From Tubulanus polymorphus (taxonomy: Eukaryota > Animalia > Nemertea): a stretch of DNA of 64,000 bases. A program made the position numbers and the translations under genes. The notes under the pieces are model-generated. The model did no database searches. It was not told where the DNA came from and worked only from the letters and a program-made list of their open reading frames with translations. The stretch is taken from assembly GCF_964204645.1 (NCBI RefSeq), contig NC_134026.1, positions 26,322,150 to 26,386,149 of the forward strand, read 5' to 3'. This document shows positions 13,996 through 28,900 of this stretch, one piece after another (position 1 is the first letter of the stretch; the number at the start of each line of letters is the position of its first letter).

Positions 13996-16900
13996 CTAGT
14001 AAAGTTCAACGCGCTTCTTCAAATCATTACGCCGCCATTCTGCCATACGATAGAATTCCTCGCGATTCATGTTGAAAATCTTTTCAAAATCCTCTTTGGT
14101 CAAATATTTCTGCAAAACGTGGATAAAGTTAAAATGGCAAAGACTGCAGGTATGTATTTCAAGTAAAAGGTCAATAAAATTTGTCGTGTTATATACCTCT
14201 AAACAATTTCTATCAACATCCTTCGGTAATTCTTTTGTAACCTTAATGTCTTCATAGGAATACGCCTAAAAAATAATAAAATGCGTTAATGTTTAACCTA
14301 TAATTGAAACTACCAGAAGCATGGTGATAAACAGCACAAGTTAAGCATGCAAAGCTCGCCATTCATGCATTGCAATAGATTTTTAGTCCCCATTATAGTT
14401 CTTGTATCAATCAGGAAAAGTTTTAGATCAGCCCAACTACCTTAATAGTCTATGGATATCCTTCATGACTCATAGTAGTACCAGACTGAAGCGTTACTGA
14501 CAAAAAATTACCTTATGTGGTTCCGCGTTCATATTCGGAAGGGACCGCCGGAAAAATATACTTGTAGGAGTATGATTTAGCACCTCTGAATAGTGGGCTC
14601 CATGATAACGCCCACCACCTCGTATAATATAATCTGTCGTCTGTAGGGAGAGAACAAGCAGTTATTGAAACACAGGCTAGCAATTAAAACACTGGCTAAA
14701 AGCTTGACTCCGTCATCAAACAAACTTAAAAATCAGCATGTATCAAATAGGAACATGCATTAATTGAATATTTTACAAAACCGAACGTATGTTTAACTGA
14801 ATAGAGACACTAGACTGATGACACTACATAATCTGGGTGATGAATTACACATATAGCATTGAAAACAGTGACAGTAACAAAATAATTTGAAATCAGACTC
14901 AATATCGACCAAACAATTAGTAATGATTATTTCAAAGTTCCATCTTTCAATCGAAATGAATGAAATAAACATGCAATATTCCACATCCGCCCTTTCAAAT
15001 CATATGTTTTCAAAGATCTCAACACTTACTCGTAAACTTCCATCCCCATCCATTGATGTGCTTGATGCATTATCTGTAAAATTCAAGATTTCAAAATATT
15101 TTCATTTCCAAGCGGCATTTAAATTTGCAAGTAAAGAATTTTGAAAAGTGGGTTATCTTCTCACATGGTGTATGCCTCATTTGGACCCTTTCGCCACCAT
15201 TATTCACACCCTCATACTCTCCCTGCAATTACAAATTACCAACACTGTTACAATACCATAAATCAAGAGATGGTGCATTAGGTCTTATGAGTTATGACAC
15301 TTACTAAACTGACACCAGCTCGAGCAGAGCCTGGTAAACTAGCTGATTTCGCCGCTAATCCAAACGTGTATCCTGGCTTCGCTACTAAAAACAGAATTCA
15401 AGACAAAAAGGCTCATAGCATGTTTAAATAATGGCTGCAATCTACGGACTCTTAGAATTATGCAAAATATATGCAATCTTACAATTTACACCAAAACCCA
15501 ATTTTAAACCCTAAACATACAATATACACAGTATTAGGTAATAGCTGACAAGTTAGGATGTAGAAAAAAGCTATAAAACTGTAAGAATATCACCAATGGA
15601 CCTGAAATATGAATACCAGCATCATCATTAAAAGCATGCTCTACTGCGGCATTCACACAAGTTTTTCTGTATGATACTATTTTACTCTGGCATATTTATT
15701 CAGCATCACATAAGTAATGGTACTTCTTAAACCCCAGAATCTTGTGTGAACAACGCTTAAATCATCTCATCTTGTTTGAAACAAGATGAGATTTGAAACT
15801 ACTGTATTCTATTGCAAATGGTTATTCATCCCATGCTTATCTCATCTCATCACCAAACTTTTCACCCAGCCATCATCAATGTGCATCATGGATGAAAACA
15901 TGCACAATAATTTCACTTCTTTTCATTTAATTGATGTTAATCCAGAAAGTGCGATGAACAACTAGAAATTATCTGCGCTTTATTACATGAGATATTTTCA
16001 AAGAAAAGATCTCTCAGTTTGCAAACTACTGGTTAGTACTAGACTACTGTAGACACGTAAAAAAATACTGATTATTGACATGCTTTCATTGACAGCAACG
16101 ATCGCTCTGTTTAGATAGTTAATGAATAACGGAACTTTGTTTGAGCAAGCTTCCTGATGGCTGGGTAATCAATGAAATAAAATCAAATACCACGGGTTTC
16201 CTTGAATCTTGGAGACATTGGTGGACGGCCATCATCTGTAAGAAGGGGCACAGTTGACAAAAACATATATAACAATATAACGTCAATAATATAAAATCAT
16301 GACCAAACATGACTAAATCACTCAATCTTTGAATCTTCGTGATCGGAACAATGCCCAATAAAAACAGAGGTAATTAAATTATGAATGAAAAAATTCTATT
16401 CATGAAAACCAAAAATCAATCGACATTAGGCAATAAAATCGGTACTCAAGACTGTATATGATTACAATACATTGACGTCTTATTCAACCTAAATTCATGA
16501 ATGCATTGAAATAGGAACTGTTGACATTTATGCAATGATATTCATGAACTTTTGGCAAAATACCAGAAAACCAATTGAGTTGACACAGAAGTTCTAAAAA
16601 ATCAAACCCATTCAGAATGGTATATAAGCTACCACTGAACATGTCTTATCCATGATTAACCAGTTGTAAAAAAGCAAACAATTAAAAAAACTGAAACTCA
16701 GACAATCTTTAAATCTAAAATGAAGCATAATGCCTATCATAATACGGTCAAAAATAAAAGCTGCTGTTCTTAATAATTCTCAAAGAAATTTTCATTTGAG
16801 AATTATTAAGTACCGTAAAGGAATCGAGCAAACGTTTTAAAACTGAACTCAAGCGAAGCAGATATCTTTTTTAGACTGACTCGAGAACAGAGAACTAACA

Positions 16901-19900
16901 CACTACTCATCGACATATGACTACAGATGCAAGAATGATAAAGAAAAAACATTCATTATAGAATTCATTAGAAATAACCTTTCACCTTTTAAAAAGAAAA
17001 TGTTTCTACTAGAATCATGCATTTAGATAAACTACGATAATATTTAACAAGATAGATTGTAGCACACTTAGATGACATAGTTCGTGTTTGATTCATCAGG
17101 ATGCTTAACATTGTTTCCTCAACCAAAAAGAGCGCAAGTGAATAAATTGGCATTTCATTTTACTCGATGTCAGGAAGAAGTTAGCTAACGAATAAACGAA
17201 ACAACATAAAATACATAATTCGCAAAGCAATAAATGAGCAGCTTTTTAGCTACCAGTTGGTCGTTTCATTAGACACACATATCTCATATGCAAATTCACT
17301 CCCTATTACATGCATATCTAAGCAACCAGTAGAGGACTACTCATGGCAGCATGTTTTATTATATTATTGCAATGCGAGGATTACGAGGTTTTACCTGGCA
17401 TGTGATATTTGATACTGCTTCCTGAGTGAGCATGACGTAAAGAAGAAGCGTAGAGTGACGACGCGGAGCCTTGAAAGCAACAAAAATCTTCGCTACAGTT
17501 CATTACACGCACACGCACCGACTAATACCAACTGATGATACGTACATTAAACAAAATTATTACTAAACTACATTAAAAATTTCAGAAAATATGCTGTATG
17601 CATTAATAAAGCCCGGAATATTCACACTTTAGTAGCTGGTATAGTTTGTAACTAAAAACATAAAAGCATACCAAGCCGTGTAGCTTTAAACTGGGAATAA
17701 ATAAATAATTGTTTTTCTGGACGAAGGACCTAGATACTGTTCGATTGCTATACTAGAATACCAGATCGGCATTCATTGCATCGTGGATTGAGTATTTCTG
17801 TTGAATTTTCTTTGAAAATTTTTATAGGCAAGAGAAAGGCGCGTTGTAGCTTTGTTAAATTGAGGTTTATACGCTTTCAGTTACATTAGGATATAGTCTC
17901 TTGTATCTTAAGGTATATATATATATATATATATATATCTATATATGATTAACAAGAGCTGAAACTGTGGCTCAGAAAGAAGCATCGTCACAGTGACACT
18001 CACTTGATTCTGATTGACATATTCGAACGCGACGTTTTCGACGATCTTTGACAAGAACAAGAATCAATAATGATTAAACAGGAAAAAAAACTGGGTATCG
18101 TAAAGGTGACAATGATCAGGTGCTCAGACTCGCATCGGAATCCAGAAATCCTAACATTATCACCGCAGTCATAAAACAAAAACTTTAAACCCAAACGTAA
18201 CAAATACACACACGCATACACGCACATAATGAAAAGCTACATTTACAAAGAAAATCGTTTTCCAGCAAATTATGCAAGAAGGCAGATCTTAATGTCAACT
18301 AATTCCAAAATCTAGAAATTTTCATTAGCGGTCTCATAAATAATCAACACGAGCAAAAAATAATGATGATTTTCAGTTTATTCCATGCGGTAACATGGCG
18401 TAATATTTTGGCAATCATGTCGAGGAAGCATTCGGCTATTGCTCTGCTGATTTATGATGATGAATGAACTCACCAGGATATCCGGGTAAAGTTGCAGATC
18501 TATCTTTATGTAAAACATTGTCGTCGTAACTTGAACGTTGTCGATCTCTGTCCCTAGAAGGCGCTGAAATAATCATCCAATCACCGATGATTAAACGCAT
18601 TCATGATTCAATATGGTTTTCATGATTTCATCATAGGAAATATATCGATCGAGATCGTTGTTTTGTTTCAGACAAAATACGTATGTTTAATATTGAATAA
18701 AATGAAGGGAAATATTAAGCGAAAGGACACTGCAGCAGGGAATGATCTGTTTTTCACTATGAAAAATGAACAAATTCAAATTCATTATCTAGTTTCGTGG
18801 ATTAAGATCAAAAGCAATAAGCCAGACCTGCAGGCAGAAAGGTTGGGAGCTTCTAGAGACATGAATTAACACTTACATGCGAAAATTGGTGAATCATATC
18901 TAGTTTTATATTCTGGTTCATGATCCGCAGATGGAGTGCGCGATGCTCTCCACGGATCTAACGGAGGTGACTTCGAGCGTTTCTTCTTTTTCTTCTCTTC
19001 TAAATCTCGTAGTATTACTTGACTTATTCCAGATTTGTTATATTTGGAAATCTCTTCGATTTCTCTCTGAATTTTGGGATCGTCTTCGAAAACGCCTTCG
19101 TCTTCTTCATCATCATCTTCATTTCCAATTTTGGTGTTCAGTTTATTTCGCACTGCAAATTCAGATATGGAATCAGTGAACTCATAACTAAAAGAAGTCC
19201 ATATTCTCATCAGACGAACATGATATCAAATTTCCTGCGCACTCGATCAGGCCAGTCTTGAGGTAGATTTGTTGATGTTTACATGATCATTTATGCTTAA
19301 ATCAAGTGGGAGAGAAAGCTATTAATTTGGACGGGTTAATTGAAGATTGATTGATAAGTACTTAATTCAGGCAAGATGCAAGCGGACGAAGGTGGACCTG
19401 GCCAATCATCGCGTTCAATGCGCTTCTGTTCATCAGGTTCAGGCTCATGGCCATCTGGATAAGTGGATAATTTTATTGGTTCTTCTTTATTCATAGGTGT
19501 CGGTGACTTCCCACGAGGTGGCGCTTCATTAGCTGACAACAAAAAATACAGTTTTAAATCAATACTTTTGCCAAATTCTAAATCAATACTTTTGCCAAAT
19601 TCTATTTCATTTTCATCATCATCATTAGATTGAAGCTGAATTTTAATAAGCTTTAATCAGTTTGTTCAATTGGTAACCTTTTTCAACGAAATTTAACATT
19701 AACAGCACACAGTGACAGACAATCTATGAGAAAAAAACTGAACGCAAAAAACTGGAAGAACAACAAGCCACTGAAGTGATATAAAGTTTTGTCATAATTT
19801 GAATAAAATTAATTTATATAAAAAGTGTGATCGCAAGTGCATGTGTTCTTATGTACAGTGAAGTGTGCTATCAGAGGAATATACAGTAAGGACTTAATAT

Positions 19901-22900
19901 GAAAAAATCTATGAAAACCCATGACACACCATTTCATCAATTTTATACGAATAAACGTCAAGATGGAATGCCATCATTTTCGGAATTGGTAATTTTGTCT
20001 GTTTGTGTTCAGGGTTCAGGATAAAGACTAAATCATAGATGAACTTTTATACGGAATTCAGAGAGGTAAGGCCAAGATGAAGCTTGACTGAACCTATCTG
20101 AATAATGTAGGACAGAGTGAAAAAAAATAGTTTGCTTAACCCACAAAAACCAATTACATAACAATAAAAATATATTTCAGGAATTTGAAAATTGTTTGAC
20201 GAAGGGATGAAAAGCAATACATAGAATACAATCAGAAAATTGAACTAAACTACAGTTGGCACACATATATCTGCTGGGCTGCCTGGAGAGTGAATGAATT
20301 AGAGTCAAGTTGTGTGTGCGTTTTGTGAAGGAATTTTACTACTGTTAACCAAAGTCTCAACCACAACCCTATTTGAAGTTATCGATTCGCCACATTTGGA
20401 TTCATTATTTGCATTATCTGTTCTTTATTTACTTGCATAGACTAAAAAATCTATTCTTTCTGTATGACATACCCCACTGAATGAGGTCTTGAAAAGCTTT
20501 TTGCCTTGACCTCATGGTACTTAAAGGCAAGTTAAACATTTTAAAGTTAAAATGCAACAAAAAATATGAGAGAGTAAAGAATGTATAAAGTGCAGAAGCA
20601 CTGAACTTATTGAACTAATAATGAAGACTGATTAGAGGCTAAAATCTGTAGTCAATGTAGACGTAAATTTTCATAAAAGCGAAGCTCTAAATTTTCACCT
20701 ATTACGTGTAAAGCATTTGAACATAGAAAGCGAAATGTTTTCACTTCTCCAAAACATCGATGACTTAAAACCCAGCAGAATGATACAATAGTAGATACCT
20801 ACCTAGAACCATCATGCCTGCATGACAGAAAAAAGAAAGCAAAAATCCACGCTATTAATCAGTGAAGAAATTACAGACAGGGCATAAACCTATCAATCAA
20901 TTCATCAATACTCGTGAATGTTAGAGAAAATTAGAGAATTAATCATCAAAGTTAAATGCACATTACTTCTTACAGATCACATTGTATTATCATTTCTTCA
21001 TTAGGAAAAAACCTCCACATAGATTATATTTTATCGTGTTCTTTTGATTTATCAGCACTTATGAGAAGCCAATAAGGAGCAGGATTAGGTACATCTTTAT
21101 TTGGAATTGCAAAGGAAAGGGAAACGTGGCGGTTATGTTCATAGTGAAATAAGGATCCGATGACATCACTGAATCATGGACAGGAATCAGCCATATTATC
21201 TATACTCTTTCAAACTGCGATAAAAACCATAAAATTTAGGAGGATGCATTCTGATTCTTTGCCTTCAGTGATTGTATCATAATAGCACTGGTGATTTAGT
21301 GATTGGTATTCCCAAGATTATCCATACAATCAAGTGAAATATATCGCTATAGACATGCCTGAATTTGTTAGTAATCTAAGGAATGGACTGAAGTATCTGA
21401 TTAGTCATTGAGGAATTATCGTGACTTATGCAATCATCGAATACATACTCTTTTTACCCCGTCGTCGGCCTAAAAAATTGAAGTACACAACACCCCATTT
21501 AGAGAAGATATACCGGTACCTATAGGCAAAAATACATGGAAGAGAATTGTGTTGGGCTCTGGAATCTTCTCAGTAGTTGTGCAAAGAATTAAAAAACAGT
21601 AATGACTCATATCTTAGTTGCTGGACGGTTTTTCTTATGGGAATGAAAGCCTTATCGGGATCCGAGATGCAACACTAAAGAAGCATTTCAACACCTAAAG
21701 TATGTAGAGAATATCTCCGTAATCAATGAGTACTTTTCCATTACTTTAGTAACATATTTCATCAATCATTACTGATATGATATTCCTTTACTATCATGCA
21801 TCCCATATAGAATTCTGCCAATATAACAGCTGTAGGCCTATGTTCATCTCACCCGTGCATAGTTATAATTATGCAACTCTTCTCCCAGAGCTACTAAATT
21901 AATTTCACCCACAACAGCTTTGCAGCATTATTTAATTAATTGCTAGTTGGATTACTCGCGTTTAATCAGTAATCTGGCTATTAGTATCGTCTGTGCATTC
22001 TAAATGCTAACATTAGTTAGTGCTCGCTCCCAAAACATTACCCAAATGTGTACATCTTTGTTCCAAACACTGAGAGTTAAAAACATATTCCGGAATTGAG
22101 GAATTTTCATATTTACCTTTCTCCACGTGACCTGCAAGTACACAAAACAAAACAGGAGTAATCAACTGTTCTTCTTATGAAAGGCATTTCGTAAAAAAAT
22201 TTTAAGTAAGGAGCAATAGTTGCACTCATAAAGCATTTAAAAACTCAAGTTAACAGCCAACAATGCATGTTTGCGTTTAATATATAACATCAGACACTGA
22301 CAGAAGACTTAGTCTAAAACGCTAAGGAAGCCGGGAACTGTGAAGTAGCGAAAAGTAGCCTATTCTTGTTTGTAATAGGTAAATAGACAAGGGAAATCAA
22401 GGCCTATTTTATTTATTTAGTAACACACACAAAAATAGTTCCAGCTCTTGTCTGCCCTCTGTGTGAGAGTTTATACGCGCACAGTTTCTGCCAGAAATAC
22501 CAAACATGAAGCGAGCATTAATCACAATGACGCCCTAGAGAGTGCAGATGATGAGTACATTAAATCAATAGAGGATGCTAATACTAATGGACATAAAACA
22601 TTCCTGACCAATATTCATCCTATTTTGGCTGTAAAACATTTAAGTCACTGTAGTGGCAAGGTTCAAATGGGGAAATTTGTCGATGATTCCATATGAACTG
22701 GAATTAGGTCTGATCGGAACCAGCAATTCTCATTAATTACTACAAACCACTGATTTTTGATCGTTGTTGGAACAGTATTTATCTTATTATGAAGGTGGTT
22801 ATTATATGTATCGAAACCATGACCTCGGATGATGAGGTAGATTTCATCCCTCAGTTGATTGCTGTAATTAACTAATAGGCCACCATGTGGCAATAATTCA

Positions 22901-25900
22901 TATCGCGTATTATTTTTCATATCATGAGAATACGATCTAATGCATACCATATCTACTGATATATTGAGCGGTTAAATAATACCGGGTATGCGATGTATAA
23001 GATCTCACCAGGAAGCTGTTAGCTCCGCGGGGAGTGAAAAAATATATGTTCAACTGTTGTTTTTTGTATTTTCAACCGTTCGTTCGTGTTGTGATAGTTG
23101 TAAAAATTAGGAATTAAAAGTAAGCTCTTTCTAATAATAACCACCAATACTATCAGTGCTGAACACATAGAAAACTAACCTTTCTTTCCACCTGGGCATA
23201 CATACGCCTGCCTGACCCTTGAGAAATGGAAGTTCTCTGAAAAATGAACATGGATTTTTTGTTATTTCGTGGGTCGAATGTTCAATAAATAAATCAAGGA
23301 AAATATTGTTTAGGTCTTCTTTTAATTACTTGGAGTACGGACCTGCGTCCGAGAATTCTGCAAAAATCATCAAATGAAAAAGGTAAAATTTTCCTTCCAA
23401 GAGGTTTTATGTGGAAAATACGCAAACCATTAAAAAAATTTTTTTTTCTGGTTTCGTTTCATTTAAAAATTCCTGAAAATTTTCATTCCCTTCGCCCTTT
23501 CATTTTTTTCTTGAAAAATCCGTACTCCAAGTAATCAATTAAAAAAAGGCCTTACCTGGTCTGTGGAAATGTGGAGATTTAGGTGGATTTGGTGCTGGCG
23601 ATGAGCTACGTTTATACATGTCTCGTTTCTTTCTTCGTTCCGCTTCAGCGAGTTTCTTTTCTTCTTCTTTTTCAGCTTCCAGGTAACTTTTCGGGTACAT
23701 CTTGCCAAAGTTGACATCATGCGAATCATGATCCGATTCCTAGAAAGGAAAATGAATTCTCGTGGAACTTAAAAAAACACGTTATCAAATTATGCGAACG
23801 CGTGAGCTTTAAAAAGATTGGATGAAGAACTTTATCGGTATGAAAAATAAAGGCAAATGTACGCAGCATTAATCAATAAACCACACACCAGAAATATAAA
23901 GAAATTCTTTGAATCTTTGAGTCAAGCACACTAGCAGAAGACTGCTGAGATTGATTGAAGTGTGTTCTTCCAATCCTCTTTAATCTCTATTTACATTCTC
24001 AGTTGTAACAGGATTACACCCACTGAGTACACAATATATTTGTTCTTTAACTCTTTACCTCTAGCAAGCGTATCAATCATGATTTCTTTATAAATCCACT
24101 TTTAACGCTTTTTGAGTAGCTGTTATTTTCGCGCATTTATTTCACTATTCAAGTCAAGTATGTATTTTATCTCAGTCATTTCATAAAAATGTCTTTCAAA
24201 CCATATTTGATTTCATGCTATCAATCATTTCGATGAACGCACAGACAGTAGTACAATGACAAACAATAACCGATTACACAAAAATTGTCATACGTGTTTT
24301 TGAAAAAATTAGAACAGTCAACCCCTGGACAGGATCATGAATAATTTCTATTTCAACAAAATACACGCAAAATCATGAGCTGATACAATCCTAATACAGG
24401 GCAGGTTTGAATCTAGATACATCACGGCACTATATATCTCAGTACTCATGTACGATATGAAAGGCAAAGATCAACTAGCTAATAATAGATGAAACATGAT
24501 GTTTATGTCTATGATGTCTATTAATGTCTATTGTGACAGGATTTGCCCAACGAAGAACCAGCCAGCGGATATAAACCTACTGCTGAGAGACTTCAAAGTG
24601 AAAGCCAACTGTCATAAATTAATCTTTCAACAAACATGGAGACAGCCATGTAATGCATTGTGAGGCTCATCAACTGATATCACTGTACTAACTCTAAATA
24701 CGACAAGAATTTAAAATATCCATACTAAATACAAATGCGTGAAAAAAACTTTATCTACTCAATCTTTAATTGATTCAAATTTATTCAGGTAGTGCGAGTC
24801 AGACCGTGTAAGATAATCAGATCATTATGATTGTGTGTCAAGGATAAGACATCCTCGTTTAACTGATCTAAAAAATGTGCTTTCTTTAAAGCAGAGCGGA
24901 AAATAGACACCAGTAGATACCTCGTCTTATTTTTTACGCTCAATGCTCTGTGAGTAAGTGGACTCAGTCGGAAAACTAGCTATCAATCAAACGAAGCTAG
25001 AATATACTCTTCTGCATCAGTTGCGTCTGTACAGTTTGGTCGTCCGTCCACAATTTTATCACGGGTAATCTATACTAAAATCAATACATTCATCAATCAC
25101 GAGGCATCGAGAAGTCGATCGAAAAGTCGATCTGATAAAGACCTTGATCAACTAGCCCAGTTCTGAGAACACTAAATGTATTACAAGGCAAAATGGAATT
25201 GTTATTTGAAATGGTTTTAATTATGGTCATCTAAAGATAATAAATATACTGTATATATACTTGATTGAAAATTAAGTCATTAATATGTGTCTTCAATATC
25301 CCCTCAATCTATTGACCTATGTTATAGATTGATCAGATATCTCAAATAGTCAATCTATTAATAGCTAGGACAAAGGCAACCAGTCATGTTCTCCATGCGT
25401 TGTCCCTTTTCTCACATCCATCTCACCAGCACTGGTGACAATGGTTACAGATGACATTACGAAGAGTATCTCACTCCGCTAGCTTTCTTAGTTCACATGT
25501 ACCAGACACGATATGCAGATAGACAGCGACAGATAGATTCAATTATAATACAGAAATTGATCATTGACTCGAGTAGTCTCGTATTATAATGAAATGGACG
25601 TCGTATCAATAATTAGAGTCTGAGTCTGGAACAGCAACTATGACAGGGTGCTGTAATTTCATCACTGACTTCTTATGACATGTCTCAAGAAGTAGAGCAC
25701 AGTTGGGTGGACTGTCGGAAACAGTGATAACAGAATTTCATTAGAATAGTATACATAATGTATGAACTCCGGGGCTGAACCGGTCAGCTATACCCTTAAC
25801 AAATGACATCTCAGCAGGGAACTAGTAGAGACAGCAGACCAATACACAGCCTACACTACGGTATAACAGCTGGTTATAAAATAGAGCTACATTTGCCGTG

Positions 25901-28900
25901 GATAGACCAGCTGAAAGAATCAATAATCATCTCAAAACCTTCATGAATACTACATATACGTATATGCTAGGCAAATGATATTCAAATAATTATCACACAT
26001 CGTCATAAATCAGATAGTGAAAGCTTCCATAAGAAATTTGTAGGAGGAAGCATGCTATTCATTGATAACAAAACATTTTCTGGTTGACCTAAGTTTTATG
26101 CGCTAACATTTATCTAAATGCCATTGCCGTAATACTTGAGGGTTCCGTAATGCATCGTAAGAGCAAATCCTCGCACCCTCATCCATCAAGGAGATCTTTG
26201 TACCGAGTACAAGAAACCAAAGCATTCTAAACCTGTCTCCAATTTAAGATTCTTCTGACTATGGCAAATCTATCCTTTCGAGCAAATTAGACAGGATTTG
26301 AATAGATCTTTCTGCAGTTAACATGCAAACATACGGAGGAGTGGAGAGTTTTATCAGCGTTGCACAAAAACTCATGAGACAAATGTTGATAATCTTCCAA
26401 TATGCGTGCTGAGAGTATCACCAGAATAACGGCTTAAACACTAGATAGAATATCAATATACTGCACACTGTAGGTTGTCACCAAGAGTCGCCCTTCGGCA
26501 ATATATAATACCAAGATCTACATACTGCAGAAAACATATACTTTTTATGTTTTATCAATAAACAGGCCACAAAATATCACATCGGTTCATAACATATCGA
26601 CGTGAAAAATGACCATTGGTCAGCAATCAGCATCCCATAAATGATAGACTAAGAAATATCATCAGATAAAGACAAGTAATTTGAACCATTTATTTCCAAT
26701 AACTCATAGCCATGATGCTAGACAGTATCGATGCCAGACACAGTCATCTATAAATGGCTCGAGAATTTATCAGATCATCAAATCTCAGTAACATAGAGCC
26801 GTATTTGATGAATGGTGACAGTAGTTCGACTACCATGGGATGTACACCAATTCCCTCATTTAAGATAAATCAGCTCAACCGGAAACATTTAACCAGTACG
26901 GACCTTTCAGACTGAGATTCTTAATTCCAAGAAAACGATAGTTGTACGCAGTAGATCAATGTCGATCAATTGAAATATAAGACCAACATTAACCCGATAT
27001 TATGCGGGAAATAAATAACGGTTCTGCATTACATTTCTACATCTAATATTCGCTTTTTGAAAGGGAGCTAATTTACTGAAATGTGAAAAGATTTGCGATA
27101 CCACTGAATTATGAAAGAGCGCAGCATTCAACTGGTAATGAATGCGCGCGGAATAACAAAAATCATCATTAGCTTTACCCAGTCAGCTTCTATCAGTCTG
27201 TGGCATAAAACTCGATACATATATTTTTCTGCACCAATGCAGTGAAAATATATGCTACTGGCATACCTGCATATTCTAATACGCCGGCATATACATATGG
27301 TACATTCACAATACAATAGGCAGTTCAACTACAGCTACAATGGGAGGCGTTTTAATCAAATTTTAGATATAATACGTATTCGCAGTTACTGAAATGGGTC
27401 TCGAGCAGAACGTCTCGCCGAGGCACTTCCCACCGATATACTCCCGTCCTCGCAACCCATAAAGAACTTTTTTGTGATGGTAGCCCGGATAAATAGCGCG
27501 CATAAAACGTGACTGAAATCACAACTAACTGGTAACAATACTGATGTATACCAAACACTAGCTTCATCAAATTCCATCTACTACTGACACTTGTATACAA
27601 AATACATTTACATCAATTCTGTAGGGTTTGAATTGGATTCAAATGGTCCGTAACAGACAATTTGATATAAAACATGTTTTTTCGCTTGAACTGATTAGGA
27701 AGTTGACTGTTCTTTTTTTTTTAATGCTGAAATAAAATCGCTGAAATAACATCGAGAAAGTTAAACATTGATACCAGTGAGGTTAATTTTTCATCATGCT
27801 GGATATGAGTGAAATGAGTTTTAAAACGGTGCTCATCTATTCTACAGATAGACACACATCGTGAGATGTACAATGATTCACAACAACCCACCGTTCTGCT
27901 CTGTCTGTGAAAACTGCTACTGGATGACCGTGAACCCATAGACGATGAACCGGGGCTTGGGGTTCTGTACTGCAACAACTAAAAACCAAAACCGAAAAGA
28001 ACAAAATCATGCAGTTAAAAAATAGACGCTATAAGCCGCAAAAAGACAAGGTAATATAATAGCAAAAGACACCACATATTGATTTAAATAAGTTTTAACT
28101 AAAAATAGTGGTTAGATATAAATCACGAGTCTTCATTTTCTGGTCGAATGTTTGCATTATACACAAGTCAGAAAATGAGGTAAAATTGAAAATATTCTTA
28201 AAATCAATCGAAAAGCTTTTAGACATATTGGGTACCGTGAGCTGCATTTATTACTAATTAATGGTGCTTATGACGGCATTAATGAGGTATAATGTAGCAC
28301 AAAAACTGAGGAAAATACAATTATTAAATCCTGCCAGAACCTTCAATAAATCGATAAATAATGGAAAAAACATGAATATATCCAAAATTAATTTCAATCT
28401 TATAAATGGTACGGATTAAGTCTAAAACAAATGAAATTTATAGCGAAGGGAAAACTTAATCTATATGTCAATGTACAGTCTCATTCTGTCGGAAATGTGC
28501 TTGAAGTAAAGCAAATGTTTCTGACAGCAAGTTTCAGTGTTATTAATGAAATATTTGCCAGATATTCTAATCATGTCGTATTAAGACACTATCGTGATTA
28601 ATCTCCTGCAGTCAAATGTTCACTTCAGCTACCAAACCTAAGACACAATTCCAAATCTTGATAACATCAAGGTTTTTAACCCACAATTTCAAAATTATCC
28701 AATCAACATAGGTGTCTGCAGTCATGCCATTCAAAGAGTTTATACACTAAAAGCTTGACCAAGGTAAAAGATAATAAAATTTTACCGTATCCGGTGGTAG
28801 ATCCATGATTAAAGCGACCAGACAGTGGTGAGCTCAAAATTTGGTTCTCTATTGCGGTACATGTATTGGTATGGGGTATAGGTGAGCGCAAATTGGTCCA

